A stretch of DNA of 35,456 bases, taken from positions 4,431,059 to 4,466,514 of the forward strand of contig JARFOE010000016.1 in the NCBI GenBank assembly GCA_031763465.1. Reading direction: 5' to 3'. Shown piece by piece: positions 9,762 to 21,675 of this stretch (position 1 is its first letter; each line of letters opens with the position of its first letter). The stretch is from Squatina squatina (taxonomy: Eukaryota). The notes below the pieces were generated by a model. That model ran no database searches. It was not told the origin of the DNA and saw only the letters and a program-made list of their open reading frames with translations. Made by a program: the position numbers and the translations under genes.

Positions 9762-10388
9762 GAAGCAGATTGGGCAACTGCCCTAGAGTCCCGGACCAAG
9801 CAGGGGGTTCTCAGGACGAGAGCTACCCACGTCAACTGCCCTCTATGGCTGGTCCGCAACCCAGACGGCTCGTGGCGAGCAACAGTGGACTATCGTGTCC
9901 TGAATAAGAGCCTCCCGGCTTGTGCCCCCGCCGTGGCTCTAGTGGCCGATTTAATAGAGACCATCCCAGACACCGCCACGGTCTTCTCAGTCCGAGACAT
10001 CTCCAACGGGTTTTGGTCCATCCCGTTGCGCCAAGAAGACCAATACAAATTCGCATTTACATTCCAGGGCCAACAGTATACGTGGACATGCCTTCCACAA
10101 GGCTTCCACAACAGTCCATCCATATTCCACCAGAGTATGGCGAACGCCTTAAAGCCGTTCAGCAAACCCGCCCAGCTGGTGCAGTATGTGGACGACCTCC
10201 TGTTGTTCACAGACGATGAGGAGGAGCATGTATTATTGCTGGAGGAGCTGCTGGAATTGCTCTACCAGAGTGGGTTGAAGTTGAACCCTAAGAAGGCCCA
10301 AGTAGGTCAGTGGGAGGTGAAATTCCTGGGGCTGACAGTACGGGGAGGGGAGAGAGCCATTGATGAAGCCAGACGGGAAACCGTACAG
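9762..10388 (+). mobile_element. pol: Endogenous retrovirus-like pol fragment (reverse transcriptase)
   Basis: 209 stop-free codons: QGVL...NCPLWLVRNPDGSWRATVDYRVLN...DISNGFWSIPL...KFAFTFQGQQYTWTCLPQGFHNSPSIF...QYVDDLL...KKAQ...VKFLG. GC- and CpG-rich relative to the flanks. Ends in a gap. Confidence 0.92.
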
Positions 10389-10488
10389 NNNNNNNNNNNN
10401 NNNNNNNNNNNNNNNNNNNNNNNNNNNNNNNNNNNNNNNNNNNNNNNNNNNNNNNNNNNNNNNNNNNNNNNNNNNNNNNNNNNNNNNN

Positions 10489-11632
10489 TGACAGATGCAG
10501 GTGAGACTAGAATAGATAATAAGGAAATGGCAGACTTGTTAAATGAATAATTTGTATCATTTTCACAGTCGAGGAAGAGGACAAAATATGAGCGATTTAA
10601 GGGGATCTAAAAATGCAATAGGTGAAGAAATTCCAGGTGCGTTACACATAATTTGCCAAAGTGCTTTACATGCAGGAATTGCACCCTTGGATTGAAAAAT
10701 TGCAAATTTCACTCTACAAGGGAGGGAGAAACCAAGTAACTACAGACATGCCAGTCTAAATATCAATTGTACAGAAGTTATTGGATGTTATAAAGGGACA
10801 TGGACAGACAATGTGTATGGGCAAAACTATGGCAGATGGAGTTCAATGTGGGGAAATGTGAAGCCATCCACTTTGGATTTGAGAAAGACAAATCAAAACA
10901 TTTTCTTAATGGCGAGAGACTAGAAACTGCAGAGGAGCAAAGGTGTATTAGTGTCCATGTACACAAATCACTAAAAGCTAGTTCACAGGTACCAAAGGTA
11001 ATCAAAAAGCCTAATGGAATGTTGGCCTTTATCACAAGGGGGCTGGAATCGATGCTTCAGTTGCAGAGTCTTGGTCAGACCTCATCTGGAGTACTGCCTT
11101 CAGTTTTGGACACCAAATCTCGGAAAATATATTGGCCCCGGAAGAGATACAGTGCAGAGTCATCGGTATAATACCGCAGCTTAAAGGGTTAAATTAAGGA
11201 GGACAGTTTACATAAAGTTGGCGTGTATTCCTTCGAGTTTAGAGGGTTGACGGGTGATCTAATCAAGGTGTTTAAAATGATAAAGGGATTTGATAGAGTA
11301 CATACAGTGGAACTATTTCCTCTGGTGGGAAATCGAGAACAAGAGGGCATAATCTTAAGATCAGATCTAAGCTATTTTAGAGTGAAATCAAGAAGCATGT
11401 TTTCACAATGGGTAACAGAAACCTGGCACTCATTCCCCAAAAGGCTGTGGATGCTGGGTCATTTGAAGTTTTCAAGATGGAAATCAGAAGATTTTCATTT
11501 GGTAAGGGGATCAAGGGATATGGAACACATGTGGGTAAATAGAGTTGAAGTACAGATGAGCCATGATCAAACTGAATAGCAGAACAGGCCAGAGAGGCTG
11601 AATGGTCTACTTTTGTTCCTATGATACTATGA
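10489..11632 (+). mobile_element. CR1 LINE, decayed 3' portion with internal deletion
   Basis: WAKLWQMEFNVGKCEAIHFG, KKPNGMLAFITRGLE and GDLIKVFKMIKGFDRV motifs, then the 3' end ggctgaatggtctact..gttcctatg. Confidence 0.9.
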
Positions 11633-13036
11633 TCCTTTGCATGCAAATGCAGGTACACAGAGGCTGTACATATCAGAATAATTTTTGAAGTTCTACAGCT
11701 CAGTCAGGTGCGTTTTGCCAGTTGTCTGGACCATTGAATGGAGCACCATGCAAAAACAGTAAGTTCCATCTAGGAGAAGAAAAATTGAAAATATCCAGCA
11801 GTCCACGCTTGAATGATGCTCTTCTGGCCACTGATACTGTGGCAGTGTAAACAGATATGGAGAATTCTGTGACCAAGACCATCTCATCTGATTAATAGGG
11901 ATAGTGGAGGATGGGCGGGGGCGCGGGTGGATTAGTGCAGGTGTGATGGAACGTATCCCAAAAAGTGAAAAACATCATTGTAAAAAAATATAATAGCACT
12001 AAATAAATGTTAGGAGTTTCATAATCAAGTGTTGAAAGCATCTGGCAGTGGCAAGAAAAATCAATAGAAGAGAAAAGGAAATTAATATTTATAATAAGTG
12101 TTCCTTCTGTTGTGCCCTGTATGATCAATTTCTCCTGAGTGGATAATCATGTATTCCACTAGCAATGCTGGTCCCCAAGTCTTTTGAAAGCCGTGTCACA
12201 TTAGTAATTCTTTGCATTAATTAGTTAAGTAAATTCCATTTTACAATGCAAGTCATGTTTCCCAGGTTCCTATAACTCATTTCATCCTGTTTGATAACTC
12301 AATTAAAGATAAATTTAAGGTAATTGATGCATGATGTCAATTAGGAAGCATTAGAAAGGTAATAAGATATATTAGCAATGTGAAGTTTTATTTACATCTA
12401 ACATCTTAATATTTATGTAACAGCAAAAGCAAACATACTACTGCAAGATTTTTTTTAAATTAAGAGCCACAAGAAGGTATAAGCATAAGTGAAATTATAG
12501 AATCTGTTGCCCTTTCTCTATGGATATTATTGCCATGGGTTTTTTTGCAATAAATTTCTACTGATTTGCAAGCACCTAAAAGTAGTAGCATATATTTTTC
12601 ATTAAAATTAGTATTCATTTGCAGNNNNNNNNNNCATCACATTTCTAAGTACAGGATGCCGCTTTGTGTCATATCTTGCCAGTTAACAAGGTTGACAGTT
12701 CTGGTGTCTTCTATCAGTCTGATAGTCTGGTAAATGGCATATGTTTGTCATTTTTCAAGTCTTTTCCTTCTCATTGTTTGTTACAGTATCCATTGCAATC
12801 ATTTTCTGGGAAAGGTGCTCAGCTTTGCACTATATTGGCTCAAACCTGGCTGGTCTCATTCATATTTGATAGCAGCTGAAACTCACACAATTGGTTTGTT
12901 TTGCTTTTCGATTTGTATTTCGAGCTGGCCGACTCCNNNNNNNNNNNNNNNNNNNNNNNNNNNNNNNNNNNNNNNNNNNNNNNNNNNNNNNNNNNNNNNN
13001 NNNNNNNNNNNNNNNNNNNNNNNNNNNNNNNNNNNN

Positions 13037-13230
13037 GGCCTCTGAAGAAAAGGTTAGAGGAGGTAGTCTCAATACAGAATAGGATGCGTGTGCCAGATCT
13101 TTGGATGAGTTGGAATTTATGTAGGGAGGAGGCTGGCAAAGAGAGCATTGGAGAAGTCGTGCTTGGAGGTGATGAATGCTTGGATCAGGTTTTCAGTGGC
13201 AATGATGGTACGGTAAGGTAAGGGCAGAAG
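13037..13230 (-). mobile_element. L2 LINE ORF2 C-terminal fragment
   Basis: Reverse strand ENLIQAFITSKHDFSNAL / LPASSLHKFQLIQRSGTRIL resembles L2 'LIHAFITSRLDYSN.LL.GLP...L..LQ.IQN.AAR'. Confidence 0.75.
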
Positions 13231-15260
13231 TAAATTATTTGCAAGGGTCCTTTGTAACAATAAGAAGAACCAGATGATTTTAAGTCCCAGCTGATGATGC
13301 TGTTATTTGCAGGACTTTCTCAAAACATTTCACTGTCAGCACCTGAAGTGGGTTTTTGTTTACTCAAGTGTGGCAGCACCAGATCAAAAGGACTTAAAAG
13401 CAGGTAGTTCCTCTGAGATCCAGTCTGATCCACTGATATGCGGCACATGTGCCAAGTTATAGAGCATGTATTGAGATTCACTGTTACCGAAGTTGAAGGG
13501 GTGGATGATCAGGGTAACTTTGTTAATCCTTTCTTGAAGTTCAACCTTTAAAAAGGCACTTGGCAGGAAATTGTTCACACAGAAATAATTGGAATATACA
13601 GATACATTCTGTGTAGCAGGAATGAGCATGCTCGAGAGATGTCCCAAATGAACCAATATTACGTTGTGTGTTAGCTTGTGATCTTATACATACTTTACCA
13701 AGGGGATTCCTCCACATGAAAAAATTAATTATTCATTCACAGGGTTGAGTCACTTAGCCTGCATTGATTTACTTATGTTGCATTTCCTTTCATTCACAAG
13801 CCTTTTAAGTCTTAATTCTTTCTTAACACACCATTGCAGTAATTCTGTACTATAAGATTTAATTGAATTTGTTGCAGACCAGATGGGTACTGTCTGTTCA
13901 TCTGAAAGCATTTGCTTTTTTTTTAAAAAGATGATCTTAACATGTCATGGCAATGTGAATCCTATTTGTTTCCTTCTGTGATAATTCTGTCTATGAATGT
14001 GTGTGCTTATTTTTGTCTGAGAGTTACTCGATTCACTTTGTAGTCAACTCCACCCCGTCAGCTGAATAAGAAAAGCTGTCGAGCAGCGGCGCACTAAATG
14101 AATTGGGACGTCTCCAGTGGGTGTTCACCATCTCAAATGTAAGGTCCGTGAGTCACTTTGAGCTCAACCCCCTGTCAGCCCTACAGCAAAGTGCTTCTCA
14201 CTCAGCCTGCTATCAGACCTGNNNNNNNNNNNNNNNNNNNNNNNNNNNNNNNNNNNCTGGCTTTCATCAGCACTTTCCATTAATGCCTGCTCCGGTGAAC
14301 CAGCGCTGCATGACTTGATGTGGGATGAATGCTCGAGGTTACCAAGAAGATAAAGGGAGCCTGCAGGCAGCTTTACATCTATAGAGTGAGCATTAATTGT
14401 GAGAAGATAGCTTACTCTGTTGAAATCAATAGACTCTTGTGGCCTGTAGCAGAGGGCATGTTGGACCGGCAGTAGGTCACTGAATGATGATATTATACAG
14501 GGGACTGCATACTGCAGAGTTGTTAAGAAGTAAATGCAACTGCCTGCAGTAAAGGTAGAAACGGTCTCACTACCAAGGATATAATACCAACAGCAACGTT
14601 TTGAACTCACTGGAGCTTTTCAGTTGCTTCCCTGTTTTTCTTTTATCTGGGATGTCCCAGAAATGACGATGAACTGACAGTCTATCTGGGTCTGAGATAC
14701 AGCACAGTACTCCATTATTAATCAGATTTACTGTAATTGTGCAAGTCGTTCTGATCTGNNNNNNNNNNNNNNNNNNNNNNNNNNNNNNNNNNNNNNNNNN
14801 NNNNNNNNNNNNNNNNNNNNNNNNNNNNNNNNNNNNNNNNNNNNNNNNNNNNNNNNNNNNNNNNNNNNNNNNNNNNNNNNNNNNNNNNNNNNNNNNNNNN
14901 NNNNNNNNNNNNNNNNNNNNNNNNNNNNNNNNNNNNNNNNNNNNNNNNNNNNNNNNNNNNNNNNNNNNNNNNNNNNNNNNNNNNNNNNNNNNNNNNNNNN
15001 NNNNNNNNNNNNNNNNNNNNNNNNNNNNNNNNNNNNNNNNNNNNNNNNNNNNNNNNNNNNNNNNNNNNNNNNNNNNNNNNNNNNNNNNNNNNNNNTCAAA
15101 CATGCTTGTTGAAAAATTATTATCTTTTTGTCAAATGACAAAATTAATCAGATATTGTTTGATGAAAAAACAATCTTTCTGTAGGTTTCAACCAGAAGTT
15201 AAATTGTTTTTCTGTCTCTTTTCATTGTTATATATGTTACCATATTTTACTGTCTTTTAG

Positions 15261-15342
15261 GGTAAAACTCTGGGCTTCAGCCTTTGGAGGGGAAATCAAA
15301 TCTATTTCGGCCAAATATTCAGGTTCACAATTTCTGCAGAAG
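15261..15342 (+). CDS. CACNA2D3: Voltage-gated calcium channel alpha2delta-3 subunit, coding exon 2
   Basis: 82 nt, tcttttag|...|gtaata, phase 2/0. Reads VKLWASAFGGEIKSISAKYSGSQFLQK, versus recalled human VKLWASAFGGEIKSIAAKYSGSQLLQK. Confidence 0.96.
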
Positions 15343-16994
15343 GTAATAGCTTTTTTACATTTTTATTTAGGATCTTTGTTTGATTGTTTTAGAACTTAAT
15401 TGTCACTTAATAACTGACTGCATTTTAAGTAGCTGACCCCTTCAAAAAGCTATGATACTTATCATTCTATTTTAACTGATGCGTTTTTAATTGAACATGT
15501 TTGGTAATGTTTTTGATTGCTGTCCACTGCAGAAGCTAAGATTTATGTCACCAGATTATGACTGATACTTATTAATTGACTATTCTTGGTTTAGTTAGTA
15601 GAGTAGAGTATACGGTTAACTTCAGTTTTTTGACTGGTAACTGTTTAACTTTTCACTTGACTTTTTGAATACATTTCAGTGAGAAAAGAGAGCCATATAG
15701 TTGTATGTGATTTCTGCAGCGCGTATGCTTACTTCATTCTGCTGTCATCTCGCTCCAATGCTGGGATGTATTACACCATTACAGATAAGAGAAATGAGTA
15801 TCTTATCTGACTGTTCAGGTGCATAGCTTGATAAAATTCTGGTGCACTGCTGCAGGAGTCTGAAAAATGTGGCACAGTCCATTAAATTACTATTGTAATG
15901 AAGAATACAATTTGAAACCTGTGTCAAAAGAGTAACTTTACCACAAAAATACAAAATAATTATGTGCCTATAATAATTATAAATAGAAAATAAATTGTAT
16001 GCTTTTAATCAGCCAATTGTTTAAAAGACATGGATCATATTGGAAAAAAATAAAATGTTAGAATTACAATATAATTCTTTGCGATAAATTTTTAAGTACA
16101 GATACGCCAATACACAATATCATAAATAAATGTAGTAATGATGCACTGTGGGAGTTTTTCACAAGCGTGAAGGACCCATATGTCACACGCATCAAGGCAC
16201 AAGTAGCATAGACCATGCTTCACACAAGTGAAAGAACACTTTAATGCACTATACTTTTATCTTAAGTAATTATATTGTGAGGTTATATGATGTTCCATTT
16301 ATTACATGCGTGTCTTTTTAAACAAAGTCTGGAAAATATGTGATGAATGATTTCAGTAATGACTAACAGCAGTTAAGTTACTTTATTTTCACAACCATTA
16401 GTTATCTTAATCCTAGGTACTGAAAATATTACCAAAATCCATATGGTTAATTTAAACATTGAAAATGTGTTCAGTCAATTCTTCTCCATGATTTAATTTT
16501 ATCATTTTCATTAGTCTCTTAATAGTTTTGACTTGTCTCCTTGTGCATCATATTCAAAAACTGAAAATGTATAACAACTGGAAAGATATGTTTCTGGTTT
16601 CTTACCGTGATGGCTCAGCTGTGTGGTATTTTGTGACAATGCATATGGGCAATTTGAATTGTTAATGCAACCTTATTCAAGAATATGGAGATACAAAGAA
16701 CCAAATTATTGTTTATCTACTGTAACGTATATACTATAACCCATATTACAAAAAGAGAAAAGTTAAAGTATTTGGAGCATCTTATATTTCCAATTATTAT
16801 GCTTTGCTCTATTCTGGGATTTTGGTATTTGAGAATTTTACTTAAGTGGTCCAATATCGTCAAGGATTATTTTTGAAATACATAAAAATGAGGATATATA
16901 TTTTAAAAAAGGTACAGATTGAAAAAAAAAAATCAAACTAGGTCATAATCAGAATAATGTATCTTTTTAAATGCAATATTATGAGCATCGCAAA

Positions 16995-17130
16995 TATAAA
17001 GGGAAAAATGCTGGAAATTTTGACAGGCCTTGAATATTTGAAGGGCTTAAACCAGAAATGTCAACGTATCTTTTCCGTTCGCAGATGCGGACGGACCTCC
17101 TGTATATTTACAGCATGTTATGTATTATTA
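16995..17130 (+). repeat. Decayed foldback derivative of the Penelope-type hammerhead repeat
   Basis: Imperfect inverted ends (aaaatgctggaaat ... atttacagcatgtt) enclose tgaaggg cttaaa cc agaaatgtcaac and cagatgc, similar to 9002-9138. Confidence 0.5.
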
Positions 17131-17385
17131 TAAGCACNNNNNNNNNNNNNNNNNNNNNNNNNNNNNNNNNNNNNNNNNNNNNNNNNNNNNNNNNNNNNNN
17201 NNNNNNNNNNNNNNNNNNNNNNNNNNNNNNNNNNNNNCCACATTAAATGTAGGTGCAGATTCAATAATCCGAATAAATTTTATCCTGATTTATAAACAGC
17301 AGACTTATTCATTACTGTGATGATTCTGGGTAATTTACCGAATTACAGATTTATGGAATAATTTTCCTATATTAGAGATATTATA

Positions 17386-17402
17386 TACACACACACACAC
17401 AC
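17386..17402. repeat. (CA)n microsatellite
   Basis: acacacacacacacac after a short (TA) run. Confidence 0.8.
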
Positions 17403-18703
17403 TCATAATATATACAAAATTTGCCTAACCAACAAAGCTGATTTACAAGATTTTTACAGTTGTCATGTAGATTTCACAGTATAAAGAGATTGTCAGTCTC
17501 CCACATAAGGCCCATGCTTACATTGTGATAGACTTGGCAAAAACCATCCCTGCTAACTAATGTATCTTTGACACCATTTAAAGATAAATTAATCTGTATG
17601 CATGGCACCATCTTAAACCACCAGTTTCATCAGAATAGATAGAGATTTTTTTTTCAGATAATGCTAAAAATACTTAAAACTGAAACTAGCATACTTATGT
17701 GGTTTTAAAAGTTAACTCATTTGATTGCAGAAAATAATGCATTAAAAGAAAGATGATTGCGTTTTTAAAGTGTTGCACATGATGAGTGTGACAATTTTGC
17801 AATCAGATACTTATTGTTTATTCAGCAACAGCTGTTTTTCCATCACTGTTTAAATTTCTTCATCCATCTTTTGCTTGGAATATTATGTCAGTTTTTGAAT
17901 GATTTATCTATACATTTGATAACACTACCATCAGACTACGTGATTATGTGGGTTGTAATAATATTAGCAAAAACCTTGGAAAGGGAGAAAAATGTTATTG
18001 AGTGTTCATAGTGTAATGAAAATTATAAACACATTTGAGTTGGAAAATACATTAAAAAGTTTATATTAGTTGAACATTTGAATCATAAGTGGAGTTTAGC
18101 AAACCATACCTGTCAGTGAACAACATTACAGTATAATGAATAACTCAATACCTCACTTCAAAAATAACACTTTTTATTAGCCACATAATCAAAGGCATTG
18201 TTTGAAACTGCCATAATACTTACACGTAGTCTGAATTTTTTGAAATTGGTAAATTGTTGAGAAAAGCATTGAATCACATATATTCCTAGATTTTGCCCTC
18301 AGCCGTTTACTTAACTGACAACTTGTCCACAGACTTTGTGGGCTTGTCAGTGGAAATTTCCATTAATCTGGCCTCTTTTCCAGCGTGGCACCATCTACAG
18401 GGCATATGTTGTGTCTGAACAGGAAAAGCAATAACGAGTCTCTTCACCCAATCAAATTGAAATATCCTCGCTGAGACTCGCAGTGTCCAAACTAGGAAAT
18501 ATAAATTAGATTTAAATGATGGAGAAAACAAAATAAAGATTGGGAAATATAGATGGAGTTATGGGAGAAAGATAAGAGACAAACAGAAAAAATTATTTCT
18601 TAAANNNNNNNNNNNNNNNNNNNNNNNNNNNNNNNNNNNNNNNNNNNNNNNNNNNNNNNNNNNNNNNNNNNNNNNNNNNNNNNNNNNNNNNNNNNNNNNN
18701 NNN

Positions 18704-19110
18704 NGCCCCATCAGGGAAATGTTGTGGGGGAAGCTGACATGGAGAGAGGAGTGCCAGTTGAATCTGCCTCTGGCGTCGCCTGCCTTGGATGGGGAAATCG
18801 CGGCCTGAGTGTTTGGAGCTGAAAATCTTCTGCCCCCAGCACACTCCTGCTGTAACTTTGCTTGCCCCCTACGAGGCTAGTGATATCAGAGGCAGTGGGA
18901 CCAACATCAGGCGGTGGAATTTCCTTTGGGGGAGTAATCAGGAAGTTACACTCAAAATTTCAGCAACTTTATGCCCATTTTGCCGGTGTCTATTTACACC
19001 CACATTTCCTGCCAATCTGATTAGTATAGAGTGAAATGCAATAATGGGCGAAACCAAGCAGAGATCAGCGTAAACAATTGCGGCACAAGGGAAGTGCCAA
19101 ATGCACACCG
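18704..19110. repeat. GC-rich MITE-like or non-autonomous DNA transposon remnants
   Basis: CpG-rich patch next to a gap, with terminal-like motifs gaaatcgcggcc and gctgaaaatc. Family assignment inferred. Confidence 0.4.
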
Positions 19111-19259
19111 TGTATTCCTTTTTTCAAGTATGGAAATGAAAGTTGCAAGCCAGCGAACTGTCATTCATGCAGTTAGGCACAGCATGTTTAACAATATGCA
19201 ATCATGAAAGCTTTTTAATTTTTAATGTGACTTATACTGATGCCATAAAAATGCATTCT

Positions 19260-19320
19260 AAGAAATGGAACATTGGAAGAGGAGGAGGCCATTCAATCCC
19301 TCGAGCCTGTTCCACCAAAT
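19260..19320 (-). repeat. Short CR1 3' end
   Basis: gaacattggaagaggaggaggccattcaatccctcgagcctgttccacca is the reverse complement of a CR1 3' terminus. Confidence 0.65.
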
Positions 19321-20937
19321 GGATATATTGTACAGGCCTCAGTGAGAATAAATTAAAAATATCGCTCAAAAAAAAAAAATTGCAAAAGAACACCAGAAAA
19401 ATGACTTTCCTGCTGCACCACAACACATTGTATGGAAAATGCATGGTTGCAAATGGGATTGTCCCACAACACAGGTTCAAAACAGTTAAGAAAACATTTT
19501 GCTTCTAAGTAGAATTTAACCTTCATTTTGCTTTAAATTGGGTAGTCTGCCCTTTAACTGCATTGAAGTTTGAAACTGTGAAAACAGCACAACTTTACCA
19601 TACTCTGAACCACTCTTCTCAAAGCATTGTACCAGTAAATAATCTATGTCTGTACTGCAATAATTTGCATAAATTAAATACTGCTACCTTAGTCAGTTTG
19701 GCTTTTATTCGATACTCTGTAATATTTATTAAACTACACAAGGAATCTAACTGCTACAATAAAGATAAAAGGCTTAGAATCAAAAATACAAAATGAACTT
19801 TTTTAGTAGAAGGTTCCCTAATCTTTCTTCTTTATTAGCGGTGATAGGTACAAAATCACCTTGATGCTGGGCTGTGCAGCTGACATTTACAATACTTAGG
19901 CTGTGCTTATTGTGTGAAAGGCTTCGTATGTACTCACATTAATCTTGCTGTCAGTAAAGACATGCAAGGCCTATATTTATTATGTGAGGAGGCACATTAT
20001 GANNNNNNNNNNNNNNNNNNNNNNNNNNNNNNNNNNNNNNNNNNNNNNNNNNNNNNNNNNNNNNNNNNNNNNNNNNNNNNNNNNNNNNNNNNNNNNNNNN
20101 NNCGCAGTGTTTGACAAGTTGCTGGCACGTACTGCATTTTTAGAAGGCAGTTCGTATTGAAATCTGTTTATTGGCACTGGTTCTTCACTTTACGAAACAA
20201 TTTTGAAGATTAACATGATTCATAGAGAAAGTGTCAGTATTTATAACTATATAAATGATTTGACATCCGAAATGTTTCCTTTGAGCCAATAAGGAACCTT
20301 GTTCACCAATTGACATACGCCATATGATTAGCTGCAAGGTTATGAAAAATTAGATGGACGATTAACAAACCTGTTTCTCTGTGATAAGAATATTGAAGCT
20401 GCTGCATACCATTGTGAGGCAGAATTTCCTACTCCTGCACCTTGGTGTATTGGATTGCCAGGGCGCAGCGCATTTAGGAAAACCTATAAGGAGATTTCTC
20501 CTAATCTTTATGTTGTTGCTCACCAATGCTTAGTGATCTCATACTCTATCCCATCCCCCCTTGTGCCTTTTACCTTTACACTCAGAAGTAGTTGTAGTTA
20601 CTGTGAAGGTGATGCTGCTTTACTATTCTTTCTGGCATTAGATCCTTGTGTGACGTGATTCTGACTGTGACTGCAGAATCAGTCCTTATTGTGCATGAGA
20701 CAGTACTATCTTTACATGATACTACTTTAACTAGCTGATTAGATGCAGTGGTCAGGGGGAAGAAGTTGAGGAAGAGGCTCATTAGTGTAATAGGAAACAC
20801 AAGCTAGTTGCTACAAGGCTCAAAAACATTTTTAAATCTATGTAAAGGGTCACACTTTTCCCCTTCTACTGAGGTCATTGACCTTCTTTCAGCGTTGCAC
20901 CCATGTCCGTGGCCTTACCTTCAGCCTCAGCCACCTC

Positions 20938-21005
20938 TATTTTTTTTATTCGTTCCAGGATGTGGGCATCACTGGCAAGGCCAGCATTTATTGCTCATCC
21001 CCCTA
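20938..21005 (-). repeat. 3' tail of the LINE/SINE family also seen at 27365-27638
   Basis: ctggcaaggccagcatttattg matches the reverse complement of caataaatgctggccttgccag at about 27583-27604. Confidence 0.8.
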
Positions 21006-21447
21006 NNNNNNNNNNNNNNNNNNNNNNNNNNNNNNNNNNNNNNNNNNNNNNNNNNNNNNNNNNNNNNNNNNNNNNNNNNNNNNNNNNNNNNNNNNNNNNN
21101 NNNNNATTAACATATGCAGTGGACAGTCTTGATGCTTTCTGAGTGCCCACATCACTATAATTATTTCTACCATAAAACAATCCATCAAGAAGATTAATTA
21201 CACTATTGACTAAGAATGGATGGATGTTCCAGATTAAAATCTATTCACAGAATTCACTGATAGAAGAAAGATCTAATAAACTATTCTATCACCAGTCAAT
21301 GTAACAACTGTAGGGCTAATATTGGGGAAAGCTCTTAATAATTACTGCTGACTCTAAATTTCCACCTCCATGGTTCAAAAAACAGCAAGTTGACTATTGC
21401 TTGAATGGCATTTATAATAATTGCACATTCTAATGTTNNNNNNNNNN

Positions 21448-21675
21448 AGTAGCATTAAATTGGCGTTAATGGCACAACACCGATTTTGGGCGCTAACTTT
21501 AGCGATGGAAAATTCGGGTCCCGTTAATGCTGCCGCTAAATGGGTGTTACACCTCTAGCGCTTGAAACTCAGCGTCCAGCGCTAGATGCTGTCAATGACA
21601 TCAACAGTAGGCGCAACACCCAAAATGGCCGCCCGCTGACAAATTCGATGAGGGGGCTGAACCTTAAAAATAGCG
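21448..21675. repeat. CpG-rich MITE-like repeat with internal palindrome
   Basis: Gap-flanked, with repeated gcgct/agcg motifs and a perfect 9-bp inverted repeat TCTAGCGCT...AGCGCTAGA (21554-21586). Confidence 0.5.

Noticed and set aside
10389-10550. Continuation of the 221-aa RT ORF beyond the gap
   Set aside because: The part after the gap is CR1 sequence. The fusion is an artefact of translating Ns.
13384-13656. 90-aa minus-strand ORF
   Set aside because: No recognisable motif, non-ATG start and no convincing splice sites.
14570-15260. Long ORFs of 137-177 aa (and the many other X-containing ORFs)
   Set aside because: Their length comes from N runs.
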